Part shown: positions 1 to 13,493 of the stretch, one piece after another
Position numbering within the stretch: position 1 is the stretch's first letter
Layout of the letters: every line of letters begins with the position of its first letter
From: Chrysemys picta bellii
Lineage: Eukaryota
Assembly: GCF_011386835.1 (NCBI RefSeq)
Contig: NC_088791.1
Span: 207,328,001-207,392,000 of the forward strand
DNA: 64,000 bases
Direction of reading: 5' to 3'
Program-made: the position numbers and the translations under genes
Notes under the pieces: model-generated
Database searches by the model: none
Seen by the model: only the letters and a program-made list of their open reading frames with translations
What the model was told of the DNA's origin: nothing

Positions 1-735
1 TAAAACTCTTGGGTGCAAATTATCCAGTCAGTCCGATTTTAAAATGTTTCATAGTTGCATTAACATCCTCCCTACACCTCTGATGGACTAGAAAATATTT
101 CATTGTCACTAAGATATGTATACATAGTCCTGCTTTCTTCCCAATAAAGAACAAAAATATTGATTGAATACTTTTCTTTCGTGTATCATGATTGACAATT
201 TTACCATCCTTATCTAGGATCAGACCATTACCACTGCTAGGATTTAATTTGTTCTTGAGATATTTAAAAACTTTCTTTTCATTATCCTCAGCCCTACTGG
301 CCATAGATATAGCCCTACTAGCCAGAGATATTTCATTGCAACCTTTAACTCCCCTTATCCTTGTCTGTAATTCCTAACTGCTGATTTTTATCTTTGCTAT
401 TAGCTTCCCCATTTTTCCATTTGTCATATATTGTTTAACCGGGCTATTTTTTTTTTTTTTAACCAAAAGAGCCTTCATTTTTCATTGTGGTTTTCTTGTC
501 CATCTAATGAAACATTCTTACACAAATCCCAATTGTCATTCACACGTTATGTCTAAATATTTCTTTTCACTTAGTTTTTTCCTCATGAGTCTTTTAGCTT
601 TTGGAAACTGTCCCTTTTAAAGTATCAAGTGTACATATTATTGATCAGGACTAGATTTTGTTTGCACATAATGACTGAAAATGTGTCGTGATCACTTGTA
701 CCTAGGCAACCATCAATTTTCACTTCAATGATCAA
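1..735 (-). mobile_element. Degenerate CR1 LINE ORF2 fragment (endonuclease end and linker)
   Basis: Minus strand 688-705 reads LGTSDH (APE C-terminal motif). ORF 20..304 (NEKKVFKYLKNK...LILDKDGKIVNHDT) resembles CR1 linker NKK.F.KYI..K...PL....G..V.DD. Frameshifted. Confidence 0.7.
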
Positions 736-1629
736 TTCATATTTTGCAGTCAGAGAGGGTCTGATACAGAAATATTCTGAATTGGTTGCAATATTTTTTG
801 TGCTAAAACATTATTGATAATTGGTCAGAAAAACTTGAATGGAACCATTTTCTGTTGGAAAATTCTGTTCCTCAGCACACTTCACAAAATCAGATTGATT
901 TTGCTGAAACTCCGTTTAAGAGAAAAAATGGGGTTGGTGGAGTTCCAACAAGATTGAAACATCTTGTTTTAACACTTTCAAAATGAAATATTTTGTTGTT
1001 TGATTTTTAAACAAACTTTCATTTCAAAATTATGTTTATTTTATAGTATACTATAATATACATTATAAAATCAAAAGAAAGCATGTCAATATTGTAGAAA
1101 CAATGTTTTGATTAACCTAAAAAGCAATGTTTTGGCATTTTCTTTTGCCAATACTTTTGAAATGTTCAGTATTTGTTCCAAATTGGAACAAATACAAATT
1201 TCAAAATCTCAAACTTTCTGAAATGGAGTTTCCATCTTCTGCATTGCTCAAAACTGTAATACAAATTGTCTTCTGCAGCATAACTCTATGTACATGTATA
1301 AAATCTAAACCACACATAAGTATTATAATTTAGTATATTTTAAATAAATAACAAAATCAAAGGAAACAAAAATAAAATTATTTTCTTAATATTTCATGAT
1401 AAAAATGTGCGCACAAATACTCATTGAACAACATTAATAAATAAATGCAGTACTAATATGACTGCAAAAATTGCTGCTGAAGTGGACATCATACAAAATA
1501 CATTGATAAGAAATAATAAGATTGTCCTCTTTTCTGAGAATATATTTGGATTTAATAAAGACCATAATGCTAAAAGATTTAGGAGAGATATCAGATAACA
1601 GTTAGAGGTGAATATGCAAGGTGTTAGGG

Positions 1630-1995
1630 CAGTAAAAATGGCCAATGCACTTCTGGGCTACATATGCAAAGGTATCACATCATAAGACAACAACGTCATA
1701 GTTCTAGAATATTGTACTGAGTTGTAGGCAACACATTGTAAGTAATATACTGGCATATTAGATGGAGTTTAGAGAAGTGCAACAGAAGTAGATGATATTT
1801 TTGTAAAGGCTAAATATATATAGCAGTCAGCAGTTACTATTTCTTGGAGGGATAGGTTGGAGGGCAGGCATCACATGTCAATCAAGATGTGAACTGTGTA
1901 AACATCATCTAGGGAACCTCCATCACATGTTGGAATATTTTAAAGCACACAGGGATGTATCTCTAAGCCCATTCAGGCCTGGGCCTCTCTTCTGA
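1630..1995 (+). mobile_element. Old CR1 3' fragment
   Basis: AAATGGCCAATGCACTTCTGGGCTACAT (KANA.LG.I), TTAGATGGAGTTTAGAGAAGTGCAACA (LE.VQRRAT-like) and a CR1-like 3' tail; heavily diverged. Confidence 0.5.
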
Positions 1996-2810
1996 GACTG
2001 CCAGCAAGAGTGATAGACAAGTACATTTAGAAAAGAAAATTTATGTAGCTACTTATCTGATCAGATCTGAACCAACACTTTAGAGTCATTACACATAGGT
2101 CACCAAATAGTCACCAGATATTCAGATATTTCTGTCATTAACAACCTACAAAGATTTAAACCTCTGAGAAATTTTACTTACCTGAATCGTCCCATTGAAA
2201 TCAATGGGTCTGCGGGAGTGAGTAAAGTTATTTACTTGCTTAAGATTTTATAGGATCAGATCCATTGTTTAGACATGATCTTAGTCTGTCCTCTCAACCC
2301 TAAGGCTGATTCCTTCAGGCCAGGTAAGAAACAAATGAGTGGATGGATAAAACTGCTGTGCAACTATCAGTGCTGTACTTGTTCTCTGGATAAAAAGAAG
2401 ACTTGAGCCTCAAGGGCTGTCACTCTTGGATTTCAGACTTTGGCAGGCACTCAAAATTCACAAGAGTAGTTTAAGGTATTTTAGCAGAAAGGGCACAGAA
2501 TGTGTAATACAGATGCTACTGAAGTTGCAAATTATGCAATTCCCCATCATTCTTAGGCACTCTTGACTTCTGTATCAACTTGTGCAACCCCAATCCTGCA
2601 AGCTCTTTCTCCAGGAGAACCCTGCACCCACATAGAGACACATTGACTTCAGTGGGTCTCTGTGTGTAGGTGCAGAAGTCTGCTAGTGTCTTCAGAATTG
2701 GGGCATAGATTGTTTAGAAATTGAGCTGCTACATTGGGAACACAAACAAACATAACCTATGCAAAACTAGGACCATTCTATTTCTTCTGGGATATTCACT
2801 AGATCACTTG

Positions 2811-3595
2811 TGTGACAGATATTGCAACCACATGCAATTTTTTTTAAAGATTGAATTCTACTCCATGGGAGAAGGATTACCACAGATCCTCCAGGAATTA
2901 AAATGGGAGGGGTGATTCATGCAAAATGCTAAGACAAGTTACGCAGATACCCGGCCTTTGAAGCTCTGCCTCCTCAGGAGAGGGGCAGAGACTGTTTTTA
3001 CCTGATTCAGGGGTCTAAGAAGCTTCTCTTTTGGAGTATAAAGGCTGTGTTTAAACAGACTCCAAGCCCTTCATTTTGACTTTTGTCCACGGAGGGGGCA
3101 AACTGGGGTTGGAAGGACATTAACCTGCCATGGCCTGTGTGACTGATGGATGATTCTAGTGCATTTAGTATGCATGTAGTTCCTTTTATTGTTTTAATAT
3201 TTTTTCTCTATACACTATTATGCCTGAATAAATTAATTCTACATGGCAACTTGTAATCGTTGGCATACACTGTTCATAGCCCTTGGAGAGGAAACAAAGC
3301 ACAGGTGCTAAGCTTTAGTGAGCTGGGATATCACTGTGAACCTAAGGGGACAGCAGCCTACAACCCCAGTCTGGAGAGAAGGGATGTGGGTCCTGGCACA
3401 TAGAGAGGTGACTGCTAAAGAGGATTCAGAGTAGCAGCCGTGTTAGTCTGTATCCACAAAAAGAAAGCTTATGCTCAAATAAATTTGTTAGTCTCTAAAG
3501 TGCCACAAGTACTCCTGTTCTTTTTGCTAAAGAGGACAATCTTACTGCAGACCATTGAAGGGAGTCAAAGGGACAGTTACCCTAAAACTGCAACA
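2811..3595 (+). mobile_element. Solo LTR (Gypsy/ERV-type), interrupted by a Penelope-like remnant
   Basis: Begins TGTGACAG and ends ...CTGCAACA; AATAAA near 3227. Segment 3248-3332 is clearly similar to the reverse complement of about 40518-40610 and to part of the intron-8 element. No clean TSD. Confidence 0.5.
3425..3524. mobile_element. Penelope-like element terminal remnant (collapsed inverted pLTR)
   Basis: TTCAGAGTAGCAGCCGTGTTAGTCTGTATC terminus fused to GAAAGCTTATGCTCAAATAAATTTGTTAGTCTC...; 12-bp direct repeat TGCTAAAGAGGA at 3413-3424 and 3525-3536. Confidence 0.75.
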
Positions 3596-6500
3596 ATGTC
3601 TTTTAAAAGAAAGAAGTATTGTACCTTGTCAATTTAAAGGTGAATTGTTTTTTTTTTAATAAATGCTTTGATAGAAATCAGTGGTTGAAAACGTGTCTTA
3701 ATTTATGAATCAATAGTCTGAAATTTTGCCTTAGGAAAGTGATGTATATGTGAGTATATGTAGAGTGTCTGTCTAACTCAGGGGGGGACTTCCTTGATCT
3801 CTAGGCAATATAAAACTTAACTTAATAGAAAATTGGTTCATCCATTATTTATCTGGCAAGACATAAAGTTGTGGTTCTTTGCTTTGATTTCGGTGAAATT
3901 ATTTTCAGCCAAAACTTTTTTCAGCAAAAGATGCGGATTTAGTGACATTGAAACACTTTCTCAATTTGTGTCCATTTCACTGATTTTTTGGGATTAAAAA
4001 CAAAAATGTAAATAAATTGAAACATATTGTTTTGTTAATTTAAAAATAATGTTTTGAATGTTTGATTCAAAATGACTTCATTTCTTAAAAACTTTAAAAG
4101 CCTAAAACACTCAAAATTGAAACAATTTTTTTCTTTTGTTTTGGAGCAAACTAAACTTTCCATCGGATGCAAAAATTATTTTTGGGTTGGCCTGAAATGA
4201 CATTTTTCAAATTTTCAGAATTACCGGCTAACCATAACATCAATTATTTTCGCAGTTCTAGATATCCTTCAGCAGGATTGAAAATGCATCTGTTGGGTGC
4301 TTTCCATAATAGCAATGGCATCAGCTGTTGTGGGACAGAATCAAGCTCCTATCTCAGGTCTTAGTAGTGTTCAAAAGCTTTTCAGTTTATTTAACTCATT
4401 TTAGAAAGTTGAATTATTCTGTTAGTGAATGACCTTCAAATCTCCTCTATAAGTTTGGATTTGAGATCGATCTTTCCAGTGCTGAGTAATTAACATGAAC
4501 TAAAAATAACCCTCACTGCTCTTCATTGTAGGCCTACTACACAAACCCAGGCTGTGCCCAATTGCACTTTGTGGTGCTCATGCACACTTTGTTTGTTTTG
4601 AGACTTATACCAAGAGCAGCCTTTGTTTGTTTAATTATTCAGCCTAGGAGAGATCGATTATAAAACCTAACATGCAGAAGGAGATTTGGAGGACATGTGC
4701 TAACAAAAACTTTATTTCAAAATGTTTATCAAATTCTGGGCATAAGATTTTAAAAATATTTAATTAAAAAAACCATAAAATTAGACTGAAAATAAAATAA
4801 TTGATAACCACTAGCAATAATGAAAGGACATGCTGGGATTATGAAGAGGTCACTTTAAGAAAGGAAAAGAACAATGAGCCCATAGGGTAATTTGTCTTTG
4901 AGTTTTTTAATAGGTAATAGAAAATTATGAAATTAAAGTTTGAAAGAAGACAAGTTTAGGGATGGACAAAATAAAAACAGATCTGCATCCAGATCTGAAT
5001 TTTACAATAGGATTCTTTCTCTAATGGCCCAAACTTCCACTCCAGAACTTTGGAAACATTCACCTCTAGAATTTAGTGATTCAGAATTTAGTGAATTTTG
5101 CTTTCAACTTAAGCAAACATTTCCTGATTATCTGAACCTCAGCTGTTGCAATTTCACCCGCAGTAATCAAGAATACTCTTCAAGAAATTGTAATAAACAT
5201 TTGGAAGGTGAAGAGCATAGGATAATATGCCAAGTGAGAAACTGGTGTTTTTATCAGGTTTCTCCAAATGGTTGACTGCTGGTCAAAATGATAAGAGATA
5301 ATTATCTCTCCTCAAAAGTACAGGAGAAACAGTTCTGCACACATGTTTTTACTGTTTTTTAAGCATTTGTTTGTTATCAACACACACTACTGCCCTCTAA
5401 ATAGATGTAAATGTCTTGTAATGTTCAGACCTAAATTAAATGATTATAGTTTGATTTTTGCTGCATTCTGTTGTCTGATAGATCTAGCTTAATCCCGTTA
5501 TATAGATCAGATCACTTGTGTATTATTTATGAATAAAAATACTCAGGTTTTTCAATGTTAATGAAAATATCAATTGTTCTTAATCGATTCCTAAATTCTG
5601 TTTAGATCCCAGTATGTTAGGATTATCTTTTTCATCCAGACATTTTTCATGTATTTTGTTTTTATCTTTGCCAACTAGTTAGCAAAACAATATACTTGGA
5701 ATATATGCAATGGTCGTGTTATATCCCTAGTGAGATTCCTAAGCATAGTTCCTAAGGAAAAAAATTCTATATTTTAGTTAATTACAGAACATGAGTATGA
5801 TAGTGATTGAATAATTAAAACCCCTTACATTAAGGTTGGGTAAATTATAGAGGGAAAAGAAGGTACTCTGGAGAATTGATGTGCATTAAAATGTATAGCT
5901 GAAATGTAACTAGTGTTGACTACAGAAGGCATTGTAAAAGAGGAGATTTCAAAGTTAGCTAAGGGAGAAAGTGGAAGAGGGCATGAGCAAGGTATTACCT
6001 GGAAATAAAAACCATTTTAGGAAGGCAAAGGCAGAAGCTGGGTAGGGAGAACAGGTATTAGATTCCCAAGAAAACATTCCACAGGGTGAAATGGAGGTTG
6101 AGGAGACACTGGAAGTTAATACAGCACGGTGGTTGGATGTTGTTCTGGCTATTCTGCGTAGCTATATCGGAAACTGAAATACGTGAACGAAATCAGAATA
6201 AAATAAAATCTACACTGGAACTTTTGTCCGTATCTTGAACAAAATTGAACCTGGGATTTTTTTTCAGAAGTTCAGTATAAGTTGTGTGATTTTTTTTAAA
6301 TAAGTCTCAACTTCCTTTTGTAAAAAGAAAATCTCTTCTTATACAAATCTGATCATACCCAAACACACACTGACTCCTCAACTCTACTACAAACTTCCTT
6401 TAAAATCATCATAAAACCAGCCACAGTGCTCACAATTAGTTCTTCATGTTCAAATGCACAACCTCAACTTGTCTTTACCGCACTGATATAGTATCTATAG

Positions 6501-6646
6501 ACACATGTTCAGTTGTAAAGCCTCCATCATTGTTTACTCCATCAGAATACTTTTTATATACAGAGGATTATGTTCTTTGAATCTGATTGTTAGTTAAAAA
6601 AATAAGGGGTAATTTCTTTATTTCTAAAAAAAATTCAGTGAGAGAT

Positions 6647-6711
6647 GGGTGAAATGTTGACTCCATTGAAGTCAGTGGGAACTTTGCCATTGACTCCAGT
6701 AAGATTTCACC
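6647..6711. repeat. Short palindromic MITE-like repeat (CCATTGAAGTCA core); related short palindromes near 2150-2262, 2587-2705 and 12748-12821
   Basis: GGTGAAAT...ATTTCACC inverted ends with an internal CCATTGAAGTCAGTGG / CCATTGACT core; similar elements recur in the window. Confidence 0.5.
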
Positions 6712-7278
6712 TGCAGGTTCTTCCCGTTGCTCTTCGTCACAAAACTTCCTGTATCGAAGTTCTGTGTACGGTGACACTATTTCTGTGCTTCTGCTTGTCC
6801 TTTGTAGTCCACTTTTCTACCCTCTCCTCCCTTTGAATCCCCTATCACTTTGTAGTCCTTTTGACTCTCTCTACATCTATCTCCTCACCTACACTCCTCT
6901 TCCATGCTCCATCTTGACCCCTGAGTATTGTCCATCCTGCCCCTGTTTTGTGTTCACTGGTTTGATTTGTAGTTGGTGATAAATATCAAAATGTATAATG
7001 ATCAGTGTTTGAAAGTGGAAGGGGTTAGTGAGTGTGAAACATGGAGAGGGTATTGACTGTGAACCTGTGTGGGCAGTTGGTCTGGAGATGCAGTCTGAGC
7101 TGAGCTGGACTATGGGCTTTCCACTGTGACTTCCTGGTCCCTTTCGGTGCCTGTCCACAGCCCCTACCCATCTGTGTCCTGCTTCCTAGTTCAATGATCC
7201 CCCTGCAGTTCTCCTTACCCACTCATCTGACCCTATTAATTACTGAAATTATTGTGATATTTGTTTTTTTTTAATATG

Positions 7279-7476
7279 AGAGGGGTAGTAGCCGTGTTAG
7301 TCTGGATCTGTAAAAAGCAACAAAGAGTCCTGTGGCACCTTAAAGACTAACAGATGTATTGGAGCATAAGCTTTTGTGGGTGAATACCCACTTCATCAGA
7401 CGCGAAGTGGGTATTCACCCACAAAAGATTATGCTCCAATACATCTGTTAGTCTTTAAGGTGCCACGGGACTCTTT
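7279..7476. mobile_element. Penelope-like inverted pLTR remnant (73-bp arms)
   Basis: Arms 7322-7394 and 7404-7476 differ at 2 positions, with a 9-nt spacer. Terminus GAGGGGTAGTAGCCGTGTTAGTCTG. A low-complexity T9AA direct repeat lies at 7264-7274 and 7474-7484. Confidence 0.8.
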
Positions 7477-8701
7477 TTTTTTAAATGTTTCTTTTAATAA
7501 CAGACTTGTTTTAATAACAGGCTTCTCTTGGTTCATGTGACTCCTGTTGCTCCTTACCTCGAGCAGGAGGAGGGAAACTCTGCTCCAGGCTGACTGAGGG
7601 TAGAAGGACAGGAGCTTTCACTTGGTCTCCCCTCCTGCTGCTTGAATATTTAAAGGAACTGTCCCCTAAAATGTCACACTTCTCTCTGATTATTTTTTAA
7701 TCTACTTTTATAAGTAACACCTACGATTGTTTATTGCCTTTCTGTACAGTCAATTTCACAGTTTCTTTTATAGATGAATAATTTTGCCCAGTTGTTTGTG
7801 TGAGGCCTTTCATCTAGGAAAAGGGGAGACAAGAATGCTTTTATAATGGGAAAATGTGATTTGTATAACCAAAAACATGTGCAGGGGATTCAGGGGCAAA
7901 TTTAATATTTGAAACTGCTTTAATTTCGTGAAATTGGCAAGATTTCAAGTTGGCAGTGTCCTATAAATCCTTCAGGCTCCATGGTGCTCTCTGATTAAAT
8001 AAAGGATACAAAAATTTGATTTTTCTGACTCAGTCTCTTGACTGGCCACTGTAAGATTTTGTTTTCCCCTGACAACTTTAGGATTTGTGCAATGACAACT
8101 ATAAGTGAGAGTTGGGATTTAATTGGCCATTCTTCAAAAAAGTTCCCATTTTTATTCATACCATCCATCCAGTGATCATTCATATCCTGAACTGCTCTTG
8201 ACAGTTCGCACATGGTACATGGGTAGAGGGACAAAGGGAATGCTCCATTATGAACCTTAACAAGGTAGGATGAGGGAATTAACTTTCTGTCATGGCTGAA
8301 GATGACAGCTGTTACATATAGTCACCGGTTTACCAGTAACTTTATGACCCTGCAAACTTTTTTAGGATTTAACATAACAAACAGATGCAGTTCAGACACA
8401 ATTAAAAGGCAGAAACAACATGCAATCAGAGAGTACAGTATATATCATTAAGAACAGAAGACACATATAAGATTGGTGTCTCTCTTATCAAGAGAATTGA
8501 AAGTGGATACTGAAACGGGAATGAAAAAAAAAACCACAGGAAGTGGAAGGTGTGAGAGAGAAAGAGTCTGTGTCTGTAACAGAGAGTAAAAGGGCTGACA
8601 ATTCCTCATCCACAGCACACAGTTAGGAGTTCAGTTCTCTAATTTAATGAAGAGAAAATAATAAAAAAGACTGTTCTCTGTTTGAGCAGAATACAGTACC
8701 A

Positions 8702-8803
8702 GTGTCATGGTCCAGTGCGTGAAGCATGGCAATCGGAGCCCAGAATTCCTAAATCCTCACCCCACCTCTGCCTCTGACTCACTGTGATCTTGGGAAATCA
8801 TTT
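8702..8803 (+). mobile_element. MIR-like tRNA-derived SINE fragment
   Basis: Degenerate tRNA head followed by CTCTGACTCACTGTGATCTTGGGAAATCA, resembling the MIR core start TGACCTTGGGCAAGTCA. Confidence 0.4.
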
Positions 8804-11149
8804 TGGCTTAAAAAAAATTTCAAATATTTATTCATGAAGTTAGCTAGCTAAATACGCAGTGAGTGACCTAAATAAGTGGTTTGGTTTTCCAAAGGTGCTG
8901 GGCATTCTCAGCTCCTATTGAAATCAAGTATCTGTAATTATTTTAAGTGTATTTATTTACGGTAACTATCACTATCTGCTACTTGCTCCAAAGAGGTCAC
9001 AATCTAAGAAGAGACAGAAAAGTATAGAGGGTTTAGGGAAAGGCGAATCTATATTGGGGTTTCTTATAGTGGCCATACAGGTGATAGAATTTCAGATCCA
9101 AAATGCATTTCCTGTGTGCCCAGGTGTTAGTACCCCAGAAATGCATATACCAATGGCGGTTTCCTGCTGAAAATGAGTTAATGTTCTGGAATACGTACCT
9201 AAGGGATTTGACTGTCCAGTTTGATGAGTTGTTTATTTTATAAGCCATAATATATTTTGGGGGGCGGTTGTTTGATTTATTATTTTACAAGATAATTTTA
9301 TTTAATGTTTGTTTAAACAGCTCTTTTGGGGGGAAAGGTGCCTATACAAAATGCACATGGTCAATAATGATTTATTTAGAAAAGCGTGTTGTGAAATTAC
9401 CTCAGTGAAATATTTTAGATCTACACATTTCCTCATGAATCACTCTAAGACAAAGGAGATAAGAATATTAATTCATTTGCTACATTCCACCAATATTGAT
9501 CTCTTAAATATTGTGTCCTCCTCCTCCAGCCCTGGAGAGGATTACTTTGCATCTTTAGATACAAGTATTCAAACATAATTTTAACTTTTAGGCATTTTAA
9601 GTACAAACCTATTACTTTTGTATGTGACTGTAATTATTTTAACTTGAATTCTGTTTTTGAGAGTAAAATGTATTCATGTTCATAAAAATACACTTTTTAA
9701 AAAGAAATAACCTTTCATGCATTTCTCCATAGCTCACATTTATGCTGACCCTAATTTGCCATAGCAGGCACTTGCTCTGGTCTGGATCGACTGATAGTCT
9801 CAGTGCATGTTTTATATAAGTCAGAACTATGATACACAATAAAACCTCAATAATTCAGAATTCCTTGTTACAGAAAACAGAACCATGATCCTCAATCACT
9901 ATTAATTGCATTGAAAAATTCCCTGGGTTATGTGAAACTGTAATTAACCAAATGTATTTGCTCCATGAAAGTTGGATAATAAACGTACTGTTCTGAACAT
10001 GCAAAGGAAGGAGTGTTATGATTTGTGAATCACGCTACGTTGCAAACTAATGAAAACATAGAAGAAATCTTTGAAATAGTAGTGTGTGAAACCAATGAAA
10101 ATGTTCATTTAGAAAGGCAACTGCTAGAAATAGTATCATGCCTAGAGTTGGTCAAAAATTGAGAAGTCTTTTCCCCCAATTTTTAAAAAAAATTTGCATC
10201 AGCAAAACAAAACAGTTAGTTTATAGTTAATGGAATCCAAGAGTCTTTCCCTTTCTCTCCCTTTTTCTTCTCCTCTCCCTCCCTCCCCCACTGAAAGCAT
10301 CCACTTGGCCAGGAATCCTAGTTGGGTGATTCTACAGAGAAGTTGCACAAATTATTGGATAATCTGTCTACAGTAACAAGTGCCACTTTGCTCCATGAGT
10401 TTTGGTGGAGAATTCCATAGAGTGGTGGGATTTAGTGAAAGGGAGGTGCATGTCAGAGGCAGAATCCCTCAACTTTTTCAGACTCCAGCACAGATTCTTA
10501 GCTGTAGGTTCCCCCATTTCACAAATACAACAGAATTTGTTATTGTCCTGTTTCATTTATATCCAAGCAAGTGTGTGTATGTATGTGTCTGTATTTTAAA
10601 ATCTTCCTTCAGAATCTGAACCTGGACCTGAAATTTGCTGATTGAGTGCAACTCTGGTGCTTTATTTCATTTTGGGAAAACTTTCTTCTAAAAGAAAAAC
10701 TGACTGTTTCTAACTTTCCCCACCTTTTCATAGAACTTATACCTTTGAAACTTTTATATCTTTTAGCTGCTATTGACTGCACTTTTAAAGAACCATTATA
10801 TTTGTTTATAAAGTGGGATAACCATTATCTAATGTTGTGCATAATGCTCTTAACTGAAGTCAATCCAACGTGCTTTATAGATTTTTAGACTTGTATATTT
10901 CTCCACCTACCTTGTATCCTGTTATTCATGATAAATTTCACACTGAACATGCTTCACAGGTTTTTCCACAAAAACTACTCAGTCCTTTAGAATTTCCACA
11001 GTTCTTTCCCTCACAAGAGATATGCCTGTATTTTTATCACTGTTACCTTCCAGAATTATTATCTGGTAACATTTTATACAACAGATAGTCACTTAACCAA
11101 TTGGCTCAGAAAGCAATTATGCTATAATCCAGCTCTCCTGACTCTAATA

Positions 11150-11480
11150 CAGGGGTGGCCAACCTGTGGCTCCAGAGCCACATGCGGCTCTTCAGAAGTT
11201 AATATGCGGCTCCTTGTATAGGCAACGATTCCGGGCTGGAGCTACAGGCGCCAACTTTCCAATGTGCTGGGGGGGGTGCTCACTGGAGCACCCCCCCCCC
11301 CAACCCCTGGCTCTGCCATAGGCCCTGCCCCCACTCCACCCCTTCCTGCCCCCTCCCTCCCAGAATCTCATGCACACCATGAAACAGCTGATGTGGGGCT
11401 GCTAATGTATTACTGTGGTTCTTTGGCAATGTACATAGGTAAATTCTGGCTCCTTCTCAGACTCAGGTTGGCCCCCCCTG
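11150..11480. mobile_element. Non-autonomous hAT (Charlie-type) DNA transposon
   Basis: TIRs CAGGGGTGGCCAACCTG / CAGGTTGGCCCCCCCTG. 8-bp TSD CTCTAATA (11142-11149) / CTCTAGTA (11481-11488), close to the Charlie target nTCTAGAn. Confidence 0.88.
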
Positions 11481-13255
11481 CTCTAGTAGATGTAATTAAC
11501 CCCACTTAATGCAATTTTTTAAATTTTGTATTGTCCACTTGATTAATTACTTTAAGCAAATGGAATTGAAATGGAGTTGTCATGTTTTAGCTAATTGATA
11601 ATGCTTTATTTTATAGCTAACTTGTTCTAGATTATCAATGCAAGGTCTCTAATAGTATGTCACAATTCTTTTAGCAGATGTGTAACTTGAAGCAGTTGAG
11701 CAAGCAATCCTATCAACTTGAATGGTTGGTAGTGATGTTCCATAGTATAAGTAAACTTCTCAAGTCAACAATGAACATTGTTACCATGTTGTTCTGCAGG
11801 GCCAAAGCAATAGATAAAATAACCTTTATGATATTATATTGAGTGTTAAACATAGACGTAACCTGGAATTCCTGCAGTCTAGTTTGTGGAGAAAACCTGC
11901 AGGATCTTTTGTAAAATTGTGTGGGGTTTCTATAGAAATGCTTTTTAGATTACTCTGTAACTTTTGGCAATTTGTATGAACTTTGACACAGTGGGAAATA
12001 CAGTCTAATGACCAGGCAGCCTGGGAATCCTGGCAATGCACTTCTCTGACAGCTGGGGAGCCAGGCAGCCCAACCAGTCTGGCTGTCTGGCTGGTGGGAA
12101 ACCAGCTTACCTGATAGTCTGCCTGATTTCCATCAAACATTCCTGCAGAAGGTTTTGATTCTGTGGAATCAGCATTTTCCTACAGAGAACTCTTTCACTA
12201 GAAAAGTTTTGACCAGCCCTCGTCTGTAAAGTACTTTGAGGTCTTCAGACTGAAAACACCACAAAAGTGCCTAGTTATTATTTAACTCAAAATGATGAGC
12301 CTAATGAGCCTTCATGTTCTACTATGACGAGTATATCAACCCGGCACACACCAATAAGGTTTGAGTGGCTTGTTCACTACAGCTTGGATGCAGATGGAAC
12401 ATTGGTTTGCAGCTCGAGTAAACAGAGTAGATCGACTTCTTTTTGTATTTCCATAATGCTCCACTCTTCCACATCCATTTTTTATATATTTAGATCAGGT
12501 TTTTAGTAGCTGATTTAACATAATTTGTCTATATAATCTATGCTTTGCAGAACCTGTATTTGACATGCTTGGGCATATTCCAAAGCCCACCTTTTTTTCT
12601 CAAAACTTTTGGAGTTGATATGTTTGATATGCAACGATTACCCTTATGATTATTATTCCCTTTGGCTTGTTTCAGAGATGTATTGGCAGCTTTGTAAGTA
12701 AATAACTAAATGTTACTATGAAAATTGTTTTAATTTTGTAAAATATTGGAGTGAAATCATGACCACGTTTTAGTCAATAGGAGTTTTGTCATGGACATCA
12801 ACAGGGATAGGATTTCATCCCTGGAATTGCAGGTAGTTGCTACATATTCAAAGTAAATGATGTGTGATGTGCTTTTAGGGACCTATTCTTGTTCCTTTTA
12901 AGATCAATGGCAAAATTCTGAATTCTAAACAGTTTGGTTTTAACCCACTTCAGTACCTTTCATCCTTTTGATGTGGTAGCCCATTTTTGGCCCGAACAAT
13001 TAGCCCAGTATTTGGGACCTTGCTAGGTTGTTTTCATTTGGAAAAGAAACTAATTATCTGAATCAGGTATTTCTTTAGTGCAATCCTACTTGTTAACAAA
13101 GAAGGTACACATAGTCCTGTTTCATTAACACAGTAAGAACAAATGGGAAGCAGTTTTCTTGCCCACAATTTCCAAGCCTGCCTTTCCTGTGAGTCCTATG
13201 CCCTAAGGAGCCCTGTTTCTGCTCCTTCTTAGGGCCCTGCTCACCGCTGCCTGCT

Positions 13256-13493
13256 GGCCTTGTCTACACTGCCACTTACAGCCCAAAACTTTCTTATCTC
13301 AAGGGTGTTAAAAAACACACCCTGAGCGATGCAAGTTTCAGCACTGTAAAGTGGCAGTGTAGATAGTGCTACAGCACTGGGAGCTATTCCCCTCGCAGAG
13401 GTGGCTTTATTACAGAGCTGAAAGAGCTCTATCCCAGCTCTGGAGCCGTGACTACACAGCCACATTAAAGCGTGTCGGCTGTGTAAACATACT
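13256..13493. mobile_element. Harbinger/PIF-type MITE (degenerate)
   Basis: Starts GGCCTTGTCTACACTG and ends GTGTAAACATAC; internal inverted segment ACTGCCACTTACAG / CTGTAAAGTGGCAGT. Confidence 0.6.
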
